In this document: piece after piece, positions 1 to 11,363 of the stretch
How positions within the stretch are numbered: position 1 is the first letter of the stretch
How the letters are laid out: every line of letters begins with the position of its first letter
Assembly (NCBI GenBank): GCA_003971905.1
Contig: RSEE01000022.1
Location: 372,001 to 436,000, forward strand
Length of the DNA stretch: 64,000 nt
Source: Moniliella sp. 'wahieum'
Taxonomy: Eukaryota
Direction: 5' to 3'
Program-made: the position numbers and the translations under genes
The notes under the pieces: generated by a model
Told to the model about the DNA's origin: nothing
Databases searched by the model: none
Seen by the model: only the letters and a program-made list of their open reading frames with translations

Positions 1-821
1 AGGATGGGTTTGATGATGCTTTCTCCGACTTGGCTCCGCCGCCTCAGGCAACCGCAACTCCAGCTCATGCTCCTGCTTTGGCCCCAGCCGCTGCGACGAG
101 GATGACGATTCGTCCGAGGACGATGAAGGTCCCGAAGACCTGGATCGCCCCCGTACTGTGCCCCGATGGGACGCCGCCAACTCTCGTCGTGTGCCGCCCG
201 CTGTACCTGGGCGTGCACCGCGGCGCCAGCGGCCGCACCGCCAACCTCGTCCCTGAACGACTTTGACTCGGCCTTTGCCGGCTTTGGCCCACCTGCCCCG
301 CCCCCCGCCGACAGGAGCGGCTAAGGCGGCCGCCTCGGCCGATCCGTTTGAACCAGACTTTAGCTTTGCCCCCAGTTTTGCTCCCGTCACTAGCACGGCG
401 GCAACCGCGTCCAAGCCGACCCCCTCTGCCCCCAGCTCTAAAGCGCCTGACTTTTTCCCCGGGTTTGACAATTCGTTTGGCTCGGCCGCGCCTGCCCCCA
501 CTCGGGCACCAGCGCCCCCCACCTCGTACAGTAACAGCGCATTTGATGATGCTTTTGGTGTCTCCTCTGCACCCGCTGCACCCCCGCTGCGCCGCCATCC
601 TTTGCCCCGGCACCTGCAGCTGCACCTGCACCCGCACCCGCACCCGCACCCGCACCCGCACCCGCGCCTGCAGCTGCAGTAAAGCCGCCCAGCCGGACGA
701 CGCGCGTCCAGTGAAGCAGTTGACTGCAATGGGCTTCCCACGGACCAAGGTACTGGCTGCGCTGGAGGCAAGCAACTACCGTGTGGACCGCGCACTGGAA
801 CGTTTGTTGGCCAACGCTTAA
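1..821 (+). CDS. 3' end of an Ede1/Eps15-like endocytic adaptor with a C-terminal UBA domain (partial, frameshifted)
   Basis: C-terminal VKQLTAMGFPRTKVLAALEASNYRVDRALERLL (MGF...A-L UBA motif) ending at TAA 819-821; upstream Pro/Ala-rich sequence with DPF and FDDAF motifs. Confidence 0.7.
620..670 (+). repeat. (GCACCC)n hexamer microsatellite within the coding region (Ala-Pro repeat)
   Basis: gcacctgcacccgcacccgcacccgcacccgcacccgcacccgc read directly. Confidence 0.9.
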
Positions 822-1316
822 AGGCCCACCAAACGCTGCATGTCGCCGTTTTACGGCCGTCCTTCTTCCCCTGTGCCGTCCTGCTTGTCTGCTTGTCTTC
901 CTTTTCCTTTCCTGGCTGTGTCTCTGGATCTTTTTTTTCTTGCTTGGGGACACGAATGCACTCTTTCTTTTGGTCTGGATGCGTATTGGTAACGAGGCTG
1001 ATCCCAAGCGCAGCTGGCCAGAGTAAAAGGCAGTCTGGCGCGCAGATTGGCGTGCGCCGGCCATGCGCCTGTCCTACACAATAGCTAGCACCGCGCGGCC
1101 GAATCATGGAATGATCAAGGTTGCCATTCAACTATCACGAGGAACTTTTAACTCTGAGCCGGTGAACGAACAGACAAGCGTCTGTGTCGCTGGCGAGATT
1201 CATACTAGGGAAAATTGACAGTGAAGGAAGTTTTGGTTGTGTCGTTCGTCATGGCCCGAAGGGCAAGGAGAGAGCGAAGGAGGGGCCAGAGGGGAGGGGA
1301 GGAAAATCGGCACTGT

Positions 1317-4300
1317 TCAAGCCCACGTGAGCGAGACGGTCTGGTTCGCCGGGAAAGTGTAGTGCACGTTGGTCACGTTGAGCAGACGACGCTGCGAGTC
1401 AAACGAGAAGGTCGCGTTGTGCTGGGCAAACGAGACCGTCTTGGGTGCGTGGGCCAGGTTGAGCAAGACAATGTTGGTAAGTGCCTGGGCGGGCTGGAAC
1501 TGGGAGCCCGGAGCGAGGCTCAAGTCGATCTGGTGCTTGTTGTTCTGGTTGTTGGACTGGACCAGGAGCGTCGAGTTGGTCGAGTAGGGCGCAGGTGTCG
1601 TTCCATCGTCCAGGTAGAACGAGGACGAGACGGAACTGTGCTGGTCGAGGTTGACGATCAGGCCGTAGGGTTGCTGAGCGGTGGCGTTGGTGGTGTACTG
1701 GGGGTGTTGGTGCGTGAGCAACGCACGGGCCGGACGGAGGTGAACGTTGATGTCGTTCAGTGCAGCCGGGACGGGAACCAGCTTGTTGGACTGGACCGAC
1801 AGAGGCTGGTAGGTAAAGATGTTGTACCACGTGCCCTGGGCATCCGGGAAGACGCCCTTGGCTTGGGTTGCGTTCGGCTCAAACACCGGCGTAACAAGCA
1901 ACGTGTCGCCCCAAAGGAATTGACGTGCATCCGACGTGTCGCGCGCAACGTCAAACACGTGCGGGAAGTCGTACCACAAAGCGCGCAAAGCCGGGGTTCC
2001 CTCGATCGACGCCATCGCCATTAGCGAGTAGAGCGTGGGAAGAAGCTCGTACCGCTTTGCAAACATCTTCCTAGCGGTCGCGGCCGACTCATCCCAGCGG
2101 TAGGGCTCTTGAGATAGCCCCCTCCGTGTTGTGCACCCGGAAGAAGGGAGAGAAAGCGCCAACTTGCAGCCAGCGCGTCAAAATCTCAGCGTCCGTGTTG
2201 CGGTTGAAACCACCGACATCCGCGCCCACATGGCTAAACCCAAACATGGAGAGGAAAGCATGCCTGGAACAATGGAAATGAGGAGGGTCAGTACCAACAG
2301 AAAAGAAGGAAAGGGAGTGGGTAGAACGGTCAACAGGGTCGCCAAAGAAGAAGAAAAAGCCACGTACCATCAATTGACTCGGCCAAGCCAGCACCAGCAG
2401 TGTAGGTCTCGTTTCCCGACAGGATCTTCCAAATCGAATAGTTGTCACCCAACCAGTGGCCAGTGTACTTGTTTGCGCCAGGATAGGTGGAGCGGGAAAT
2501 GAGGAACGGACGTTTGTCGGGCCGCAACTTGGCCACGGCATTGTGAACGTGCATTTCCATCATCGATCCGTCAAGGTTGTGCACGTCGTACATGACACGA
2601 GTGCCGTCTACCCCGGTAGTTTTCATTGCCACCGTCTTCTTGTCGAGATTCAGCTGCAGTGGACTCTCCATGTAATGAAGACCGTTGTGAATCGCGTAGG
2701 GTGGGTTGCTGAGGTACCGAGTCGTGGCATTCTCATACTCAAAGTCGGGCTCGTCAGGGCCAAACGCTGGATTGAACAGTTGGTCGGCCGTGTCGAGACC
2801 AGGGGGTCCATACGCATTGTTCTGCACCGGTCCAGGGGCGTAGGTGCTGGTGCCATTGATGGTGAGGTTGCCCGAGGAACCCCAGGTAAGGTTGTTGTAC
2901 CCTTGCGGCCAGCCTGCAACACTGGTCGAGGGGATGTGGTTGGGCGTGTCGGAGAGGTTAGTCTTGGGTCGGCAGCATTTCCAGGAATAAAGGAGCTCTG
3001 CTCGTTCATGTCCAACCACAGCCCCGAGAAGGGTACCAAACTAGAAAAGTTGGCAATCACCTCGTCCCACCATTGCGTTGCATTGGGTGCTTGGTGGTCC
3101 ACGAAGAGCGCGTAGCCAGGCCACACCTCACCGACGTACAACGTGTCGTTGTCCGGGTTCTTGAGGAAGACATTGAGCTCACGACCGCGCGTGGCGGGCC
3201 AGTATTCGTCCGTGTCATTCGTTGGCGCATCCGGAATAGCTGCGTCGAGAATAGGAATGTAGTGTTGGCCCTGGGCGTTGAGCTCGCGCACAAAGTCACC
3301 CAGGTCTGCAAAATTGGGGCTGACGGTAAAGTCGCGGAAGGAGTGCATGTAGTCAATGTCGTTCCACATGGTCTCGAGCGGGATTCCAGCCTGTTTCATT
3401 GCCGTGACCACCTCCCGGGTGTCATTTACCGAGTGGTAGCCCCAACGACACATATGGAAACCCAAACTCCACAGGGGTGGCAGCAACGGTGTTCCGATGA
3501 AGTTGATGTACTGCTGAATGGCCGTTGTAGCACTGTTGTTCGAATCGCTGTTCTTGTTGTTCTTGTTCTTGTTCTTGTTGTGCTGGGGCGCCTCAACACT
3601 CTCAGCGTCACCAGAGAAGAAACGGAAGTCCAGCGTTCCTCCAATGGCACGGTACTGAATCACGCCTGCACGCAGAAGTACATCGAGACCAGCCGTACTC
3701 TGAAGGTACACACCGTGGGTGCGCAAGCGGCCATCGTTGCCCTTGCGTGCCTCGATGTAGACAGGATGGTATCCGTACATGTTGCTGTTCACGGGCGTTC
3801 CGGCATCGTGAGTGAAAAACGTCTGCAGCGTGTTTTCGGGTCGCGCGCAAGGAGCCAGTCACGTATTCGCCCAGTCCATACAGAGAAGCGTCTTTGGGTA
3901 GCGCCGAAGAAAGCTGAAGATATTGGTTCTCAAACACCATTGGGTGGGCTGGCATGGCCGTCGAGTTGCGCTTGCCGTTCACGCTGGTATCGTTCATCGG
4001 TTCCGTGTAAGTAGGCAAGTTGGCGTGACGCGTATCAAAGATCACTTCGCCAGTGGACGCGCGCTCAATCCACCACTCCCACGGGGTTGAGTTGGAGCTG
4101 TATTGGAAACGAAGATCATTTTGTGCAAGCGGGTAGCCGTGGTCAATCGAGTCGTCCGGGCGATCGAAAAGCAGACCATTGGGGAGCTGGTACTGCTTCT
4201 TGTCCGTGTCGTAGATGTGCACGTGCAGTTGGTGCTTCTTTTCACTGACCACCGCGACAGTGAGGTTTTCAATGTCAAACCCGAAAGCGTGGCATGCCTC

Positions 4301-4525
4301 TCCGGCCAACTGAAGCTGAGCTTCCAAGCCGTACTGGGTCGTGCGCGGCGTCCCAACCAGCTTGTATCCTGGGCAGGAGGTCACGTCGAACGAGGGTTTG
4401 ATGCTCGAGGCATTGGTGTCGCGACGCAACTGTTCCTCAAACAGATCTGTTGCAGCCCATGGAAAGGCACGGACCACGCCCGCAGCCAAGGCGGACGCAG
4501 CGAGCGCCGAAACAGAGAGCTTCAT
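1317..4525 (-). CDS. Secreted glycoside hydrolase family 31 alpha-glucosidase (one intron at 2264-2367, several frameshifts)
   Basis: Signal peptide MKLSVSALAASALAAGVVRA; GH31 motifs YGLGE, WSLGFHMCRWGY, WNDIDYM, GLWLDMNE (nucleophile), HWLGDN (acid/base), GADVGGF, FSPFFRVHN; GTACGT...CCAG intron. Confidence 0.95.
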
Positions 4526-5936
4526 GAGTGAAGAAGGAAACTGTGCGAAGGAGGGGGTCAGATCCACGCTATTCAACGTTGGGAGGAGTGAGCCGGTGCG
4601 CACGTACAAGCTCCTTTCTGGTGCTTGCGGATAAAAAGGTGGCCAAAAAGTCGAGGCGTAAAGGGGAGGGCGAGATGGAGGGCCAAAGAGCGCTCAGCCC
4701 AGCCGCCTGATGTATATACCTGTGGGGTATTGTCCGGCCGGAGCTTGCCGGCAGTCGGTGGGGGCGCGTGCACTATCCTGGAAGGCCCGTGCACGGGGGG
4801 ACGTGTTGGGCAGGCACAGCGGCTGGGGGCATGGCGGCTGTCGGGGGGTCGATCGGATGATTTTGTGGGGCTGCTATGCAGCGGTGGGGGCGGCAGAAAC
4901 ACACCAGGCAGGAGGCAACACTGCAGACCCACCTGCCTATGTATCTGCGCTTGGCGTGTCGCAGCAGCAGCGCCCAGCAGGAGCCCACTGTCCCTCCCTC
5001 CAGAGACGCTGGCAGGAACGAGTTAGCCGGTTGCCGGTTATGCCGGTTATGACCGACCCAGAGCGATGATCACGCTGCTGGCTGGGAACCAGCAGCTCTC
5101 TTTCTGTCTGTTTGTGGTGGGCTCGCGGGGATTTCGGCAGCGCCTCTCAACGGCTCAACGCCCAACGTTCAACCGCATTTGTTAGCAGACAGGGGCGCGG
5201 CTTTGGGTGTGCAGCGGCGGGCCAGGCGGGGCATGGAAGGCCATGGAATATGGATGGCCAGATGACCACTAGTGATGCAGATGCATGATGGGTGACTGAG
5301 TGACTGGTACTCATTTGACGCGTGACGCTCGGCAAAACGTCGGCGGAACTACCCCCACACCCTCCGCACGAGCCCTATGTCTGAGTTCCCCCGCTGGACT
5401 CTCGCGCCGCACAGCGCCAGTATTCCGGGACTTGGCGTTAGCCTGAGCCGAGAAGCTCGCACTAGCCCACCCATACAGTGGGTGCAGCTGGTGCGCCGAT
5501 GCGCGGATGCGCCGATGGGTCGATTGGCCGATGCCGTAAGGGAATGTCGTATGCATTACTCCACATTCTCCCACTCGTCTTTTTCTAACTCCGTGCGTAG
5601 CCGTGCTCGTGAACCTTCTGCGGCACCTAGTACCTCCTTCCGCGCCCCTGCCCATCGCGCTCATCTGCATCATCAATGATTACCTTCATAAGATAATGCT
5701 TCGTGATACCCGGGACAGGCGCGTGTTTTCTCCTTCACTTCACACCTCACACCCGGGGAACTCTATCGGGCAACACACACAGTTATGCAGTAAACTCATC
5801 CACAGAGGGTGTACGCTGAGCCTCAGCGCTGATGCGCTGATGGCACAGTATTAGTAGAGAGACTTCATTTGGATTTTGAGAATGGAGTGCGATGCATGAT
5901 GCGCCATTTTCACGTGTGTTCTCCAAAGCTGTCGCC

Positions 5937-6117
5937 TGTCATAGTTTGGCTGATCTCGCTCCCATTTCCAATTTCTTCGTCTCGAGCATCTCGCTCCTTC
6001 CCTGTTCCTTCCACTTCGCACCATGTCCTCTGTTCTTGCTTCTTCCCCACGAACGATTGCCACACCCCTTGGCCTAGTCTGATCCTGGTCTCCCTCGCCT
6101 TAGCCCCGACTGTGACA
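5937..6117 (+). repeat. 5' LTR (181 bp)
   Basis: tgtcatag...ctgtgaca; matches 9341-9520 apart from one T in a T-run. Confidence 0.95.
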
Positions 6118-6119
6118 TT

Positions 6120-6128
6120 ATCGTTCGT
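6120..6128 (+). promoter_or_regulatory. Primer-binding site complementary to an internal LTR 9-mer (Tf1-type self-priming)
   Basis: ATCGTTCGT lies 2 nt after the 5' LTR; its reverse complement ACGAACGAT is at 6049-6057; no TGG tRNA-type PBS is present. Confidence 0.75.
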
Positions 6129-6158
6129 CTAACCGTCAACAGGCGAGCCCGACCAGAG

Positions 6159-7460
6159 ATGTCCTCGATCCACGACAACCCCCTGACCCCAGTAACCCTA
6201 GCGCGCCGCAACCCATCGCGCGGCGCGGCCCGATCCGACCCCCGTCCGACCCCCCCTCTGACGCTCCGTTCGACGACGATGGCCCGGAGTGGTTCCACCC
6301 GGCTGGCCCCTCTGGACCCCCCATGCAGCTCCGTCTGTTGCGCCCGCGCCCCGGGGTATACATTGCCTGCCTCCGACCTGTCCGGGCTGGGCCTCGAGGC
6401 CGCTCAGCGCCGGGTCGATGAGGCCCGCAGAATGCGCCAGCTTCTGTTGACGGAGGCCCGGGAAACTCAGGCCTACATTGCAGCCCAGGAGGACCAGCGC
6501 CGCGCTTTCGAGGCTGAGCAAGAGGGAAGCGCCGTGAGCACCGCCTCCGTCAGCGGCGGGAGGAGGCGGCGCTCGCCGCGGAAGAGGCCCGGTTGGCCGC
6601 CTCGGTACGGGAGGCTCAGACTGGCGTGGTGTCCTCGGCCCCCGCCCCCGCTCCCGCCCCTGGGCCTTATGGTGATCTGACCGCCATCCCGAACAAGGCG
6701 TCGGAAGAGCCGAAGATGTTCGAGCCCGCTCGTTTCCACCCGTCGTCTGGTGCGAACCCCACATCTCGTGACCGGGTCCAGGCCCAGCACGTCGTCACCT
6801 CCTTCGAGATTTACGCGCGCGTCGCCCTCACGCATATGGGCGCGGCGGCATGGATTGACCGCTTCATGGGCCTGCTGCAGGGGGAGGCCCTCACTTGGGT
6901 CGAGCAGTTCGGTTCGGAGGTGGCCCTCCCCCTGGAGGCGCGCACCACACCCGCCCTCCAGTCTTGGCCTGCGTTTCGCGCAGCTTTCCTGGAGCAGTGG
7001 GGCGAGCGCAACCCGGCGCTGAAGGCGTTTGAGGAGTTTGGTCGTCTTCGGCAGACGGGATCTGCAGCGGACTATTCCGCTACGTTCACGGTTCTGCTGC
7101 GTCGCTGGAACCCCAACGCGTCGGATGAGGACGCTACTATTGCTTTCTGTACGGCTTGAAGCCGCGGGTGCGTGACGCAATCGCCTCCCGCGGCGAGTCG
7201 GCTCACTTGGGACGGATCAGTTTCGAACAACTGCGCACAGCGGCCATTGACATCGACCAATCGCAATCGCTGGGCGCTCATGGTACCGCAATCTCCCCGG
7301 GATCGGGCGGCAATCATTGGTTTCGGCCCTCGTCGCCCGAAGCGGAGCCCATGGACCTCAGCGCAGTCACCGCCACCGCTGAAGCGGCGGCCCGGCGCAC
7401 CGAGCGCCGCGCTCAAGGTGCAGTGCCGTGATCACCATATGCCTTCCACGACTGTACCCG
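6159..7460 (+). CDS. Retrotransposon Gag (frameshifted across ORFs at 6159, 6593 and 7156)
   Basis: LLQGEALTWVEQ, SWPAFRAAFLEQWG, LRQTGSAADYSATF, LKPRVRDAI and EPMDLS match the Ty3/gypsy capsid (Retrotrans_gag) pattern. Confidence 0.85.
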
Positions 7461-7463
7461 GCC

Positions 7464-7600
7464 ACAGCCCCAACTGCCGCCCAAGCCCCAAGCCCAGCCC
7501 AGCCCCAACTCCCGCCCAAGCCCCAACTCCCGCCCAAGCCCCAAGCCCAGCCCCAGCCCCAAGCCCAGCCCCAGCCCCAAGACCAGCCCAAGACCAAGAC
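7464..7600 (+). repeat. Tandem low-complexity repeat (cccaag/cccagc/cccaactcccgcccaag units; PQAQ/PQLPPK)
   Basis: Repeated 6-nt and 18-nt units read directly between gag and integrase. Confidence 0.85.
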
Positions 7601-7829
7601 TACGCACCAGCACCAGCACTCGCCCGGGCCCCGGCCCAAGTCCACCTCCTCATCTAACCCCATCTCGCCCCCCTCTGTCAACTCGATTCCTTTTCCCTCC
7701 TCGGTTCCCTCCCGGCCCGCTGGCGCGGCACCTCAAGTACTGGCGGAGCCCATGTCCGAACGTTCTGCCGCCGCCCTCAAGCTCATGGCGGCGGACCCCG
7801 ATACACCGGTGGTGGAGCGAGTGTCTGCC

Positions 7830-9330
7830 GACGAGATTCGACAGCGCATCCGCCAACTCGTGCCTCGTGACCCTCGTTGGTCCCTTGCTACGGCTCCAAG
7901 CCCACCTCGCCATGCTTTGACGGTCCGCGACGGTCTTTTGTGGCACGGAAACCAGGTCTACGTCCCGGCGACCGGCCGATCCGCGCTGCCATTCTCCACC
8001 AAGCCCACGACTCGGCATTGGCGGGCCATGAAGGGCGCGACAAGACGTTGGCCCGTGTCCGCGCTCAATATTGGTGGCCCCGCCTGTCAGCCGACGTGTG
8101 GGCCTACGTGCGCTCGTGCGACCGCTGCCAACGGACCAAAGCGCCTTGCCACCAACCCGCCGGACCCCTTCAGCCCCTTTCCCCTCCCCAAGGCCCGTGG
8201 ACCCACTTGACGATGGACCACATTACCCAGCTTCCCCGATCCAATGGTTACGACGCGATTCTGGTGGTGGTGGATCGTTTTACACCAAAATGGGTCACTT
8301 CATTCCCGCCCACACGACGGACACTGCGCCCCAGCTCGCACGCCAGTTTGTACACCATGTCTTTCGCTACCATGGCCTTCCCCGGGATCTGGTGAGTGAT
8401 CGGGGACCGACCTTCACAAGCCACTTCTGGCAAGCCTTGTGTGCCGACTTGGGCATCAAGTCGAGCCTCAGCACCGCGTCCCACCCCCAGACGGACGGCC
8501 AGACTGAGCGCCTCAACCAGATCCTCGAACAGTACCTCCGCTGCTACCTCGACGAGCAGCAGTCCAACTGGTTCGACCTCCTCCCCACGGCCGAATTCGC
8601 CTACAACTCGTCCTCCCACTCAAGCACCCACCAGTCCCCCTTTGTCCTCACCTATGGTTACTCTCCCCGGGGGGAGTTGGAGCCCTCCACTTCGCCCGTG
8701 CCCGCTGCTGCGTCATATCTGGAGGATCTGCGTTCGGCCCAGGCGGTGGCCCACCGCACGCTCGCCGCGGCCCAAGCACGCTACAAGCATTATGCCGACC
8801 AGCAGCGCACCGAGGCGGCTTCCTTCACTGCTGGCCAGCCTGTCTTGGTCCGTCGGGACGGGTATGTGCCCAGCCAGCGGCCTTCTGACGGCCCCGACTC
8901 GCTACCTCGGCCCCTTCCCCATTGTCCGTGCCGTGGGCCGCGCCGCGTACCAGGTCCGCCTCCCCGACTACCTACACCTCCATGACGTGTTCCATGTGTC
9001 CCGCTTGCGAGCCTACACCCTTGGTGACGTGGTCCCTGCCCGCTTGATCGAGCCCCCGCCTCTCTCCCCGAGTATGCTGATGATGGTGCGGTTCATCACG
9101 AGGTCGAACATGTTCTCGACTCTCGCCGCAAGGGTCGTGGAGGCCGCATTGAGTACTTTGTTCACTTCCGGGGCTATCCTGTCCACGAGAGGTGGGTACC
9201 CGCTGCGGACATGTCTCATGACGCCGAGCCAGTGGTCCGTTTCCACGCCCTCTACCCCGATAAGCCTGTCTCCCATGCCCGCCGACTCGCCCTCTCTCGC
9301 CTCCGTCGCCGCCCGGGAGATGAGGTCTGA
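7830..9330 (+). CDS. Ty3/gypsy integrase with HHCC zinc finger, DDE core, GPY/F module and C-terminal chromodomain (frameshifted)
   Basis: AHDSALAGHEG...CDRCQ; LTMDHIT, VSDRGPTF, QTDGQTERLN; YLGPFPIV; HEVEHVLDSRRKGRGGRIEYFVHFRGY...RWVP; stop TGA 9328-9330. Confidence 0.92.
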
Positions 9331-9340
9331 AAGGGGGCAA
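9317..9340 (+). promoter_or_regulatory. Polypurine tract (plus-strand primer)
   Basis: gagatgaggtctgaaagggggcaa immediately precedes the 3' LTR. Confidence 0.75.
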
Positions 9341-9520
9341 TGTCATAGTTGGCTGATCTCGCTCCCATTTCCAATTTCTTCGTCTCGAGCATCTCGCTCC
9401 TTCCCTGTTCCTTCCACTTCGCACCATGTCCTCTGTTCTTGCTTCTTCCCCACGAACGATTGCCACACCCCTTGGCCTAGTCTGATCCTGGTCTCCCTCG
9501 CCTTAGCCCCGACTGTGACA
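9341..9520 (+). repeat. 3' LTR (180 bp)
   Basis: Direct repeat of 5937-6117, followed by TCGCC. Confidence 0.95.
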
Positions 9521-11363
9521 TCGCCGCTGGGGATGACAAGCTAAACATCTGTGACGCTCTGAGGAACAGGAGATATAGTAACTAGCAACTTTTGTAACAA
9601 AAGCCCCATTTCAGCAGGAGGGACGCTAATAGAGCATTGACTAAGTGCCAGTGGTTTCCCCTGGTTCCCCGCTGGCCGCGGAAGACACACAAACTCAAGA
9701 GAAGTTTTGCTGCCGTTGTTTTGCTCATCTCACTTTCAGGTAGATCTACCACTACACTCCTCAGATGCCATTGAATGATACAGCAGCTCTCAGATCTCAC
9801 GCCTCTCCTAAAAAACCTCATCTGTTACTCTATGCGAAGAGGTCTGGCTTCATAAAGACTAGAGACGTTTAGACCATTTCACAAGAAAATATCCTTCTCT
9901 TACCCCCTCCTGCCTTGTCCCACCCTCCTGATAATAAGCCACAGAGAGTCTATATAAATCTTGGAACTGAGGGTTTCACCGAGCGCACAAGTCAGCCCTT
10001 GAATGCGAGATGATCGATGAGGCCGTGGCCTCACCGGCCTCACCTGAGGTCTGTGCCTCAGATCTCAGACCCGGGGGACCGCCTCCTGAGACACGATTGT
10101 ATGATATTTTCTCTGTTCTTCAAGCTTCATTAAAACGTTTAACGTTTAACCATTGTCAATAAGGCCATTCACGCGGAGCACTCTGTGCGCTGATGCGCTG
10201 GTACCTGAGGCCTGATGAGTCAATGAGGCCATGATGTATGAGCATGAGGCCAGTCAGTCTCTATAATCACACGTGTAATAGTTGGTCTCTGACATTTCGT
10301 GCGTCTGCATCGTGGTTATAGTTACGCTGTTTTCGCACAAAGTATCAGACCTTAGATCTAAGATCTTATGAGATCGAGGGCATAAGCGCCACATGAGCCA
10401 AAATTCCTGTTTAGGTAGACCAGCGTGGTGGTTGTTCACTGTTGCCACCGTGACATAAAAATGACCGCGAAATGTGACATGATATGGGGCATGTGGGGGG
10501 ATGTGGTATGTGGCATGAGATGGACCCGCGATACAACTAGGATGATATAGCTATATTGCCAATCCACGCACGCATTTCCTTTTTGTCTACCGCATGTCCT
10601 CCCCCTTCTCAACACCAGCACACCACTTCCTTCCTCCGCTCTCTAGCTCGATTTGATACTTGAAGCAATATCCCGCGCGGGTTGAATTGTACCTCCTGGA
10701 GATTAATCGGCGCGGTTCAAGCACCAGGATTGTATCCTTTTCTCCGTCTCTCTACAAAAAAACGCCCCACACGCGGGTGGTTTTCACCAGATGTCGAACG
10801 AGAGCCGAACGAGAGGGAGGGAGGGCTTCGTCGTCCGGCCGCACCAGCTTCCATCAATATGCAACAGATACGTCCAAAACAAAGTACTAGACCCACAACA
10901 TAATAATGTGTCAGGATGCATCTCAATCATTATAAGGTTCAAGCTGGTCATGGCACATCGACCACAGTATATATAAACGTACACGAGCTGTAACATGTGA
11001 ATACAGTTCTGATGGACCACGGCTTGTTCTTGAATTGTGCTTTTGTGAATGAAGCTGCATGATGGTAGTTGACATGCGACAGACCCAACAGCCCCACCAA
11101 GACCGGATGCGGACGAGGCGATGAAGAACGGGCACGGCAGAGCTGCCGTGGTGGAACAAACTACACCCTCCTCCCTATGGTTGTTGGCTTGGAATAATGA
11201 ATGCCTGGTGATATACTACTGTAATGATATGCAGCCATCAAACAGTCATATACGGAAAACATGTTCATAGTATGATGGCTGGAACAAAAGATTCATCACA
11301 TACGCAACCTATATACATTCTTCGTTTGATCCACTGGACTCGAGCGCCATACTTCCTCTCTTT

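Larger units (their letters stand above)
5937..9520 (+). mobile_element. Ty3/gypsy (chromovirus-like) LTR retroelement, non-autonomous: gag plus integrase-chromodomain, no PR/RT/RH
   Basis: TG...CA LTRs at 5937-6117 and 9341-9520; TCGCC target-site duplication at 5932-5936 and 9521-9525; purine-rich tract before the 3' LTR; gag and integrase motifs internally. Confidence 0.95.

Noticed and set aside
3545..3582. (TTGTTC)n repeat
   Set aside because: Simple coding microsatellite producing an Asn/Lys loop in GH31
1215..4014. Long plus-strand ORFs (1215-2024, 2456-3115, 3073-4014)
   Set aside because: Antisense shadows of the GC-rich GH31 gene with no motifs of their own
5869..6132. Duplicated short ORFs at 5851-6132, 8972-9544 and 54548-54754
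   Set aside because: These are translations of the LTR copies, not genes
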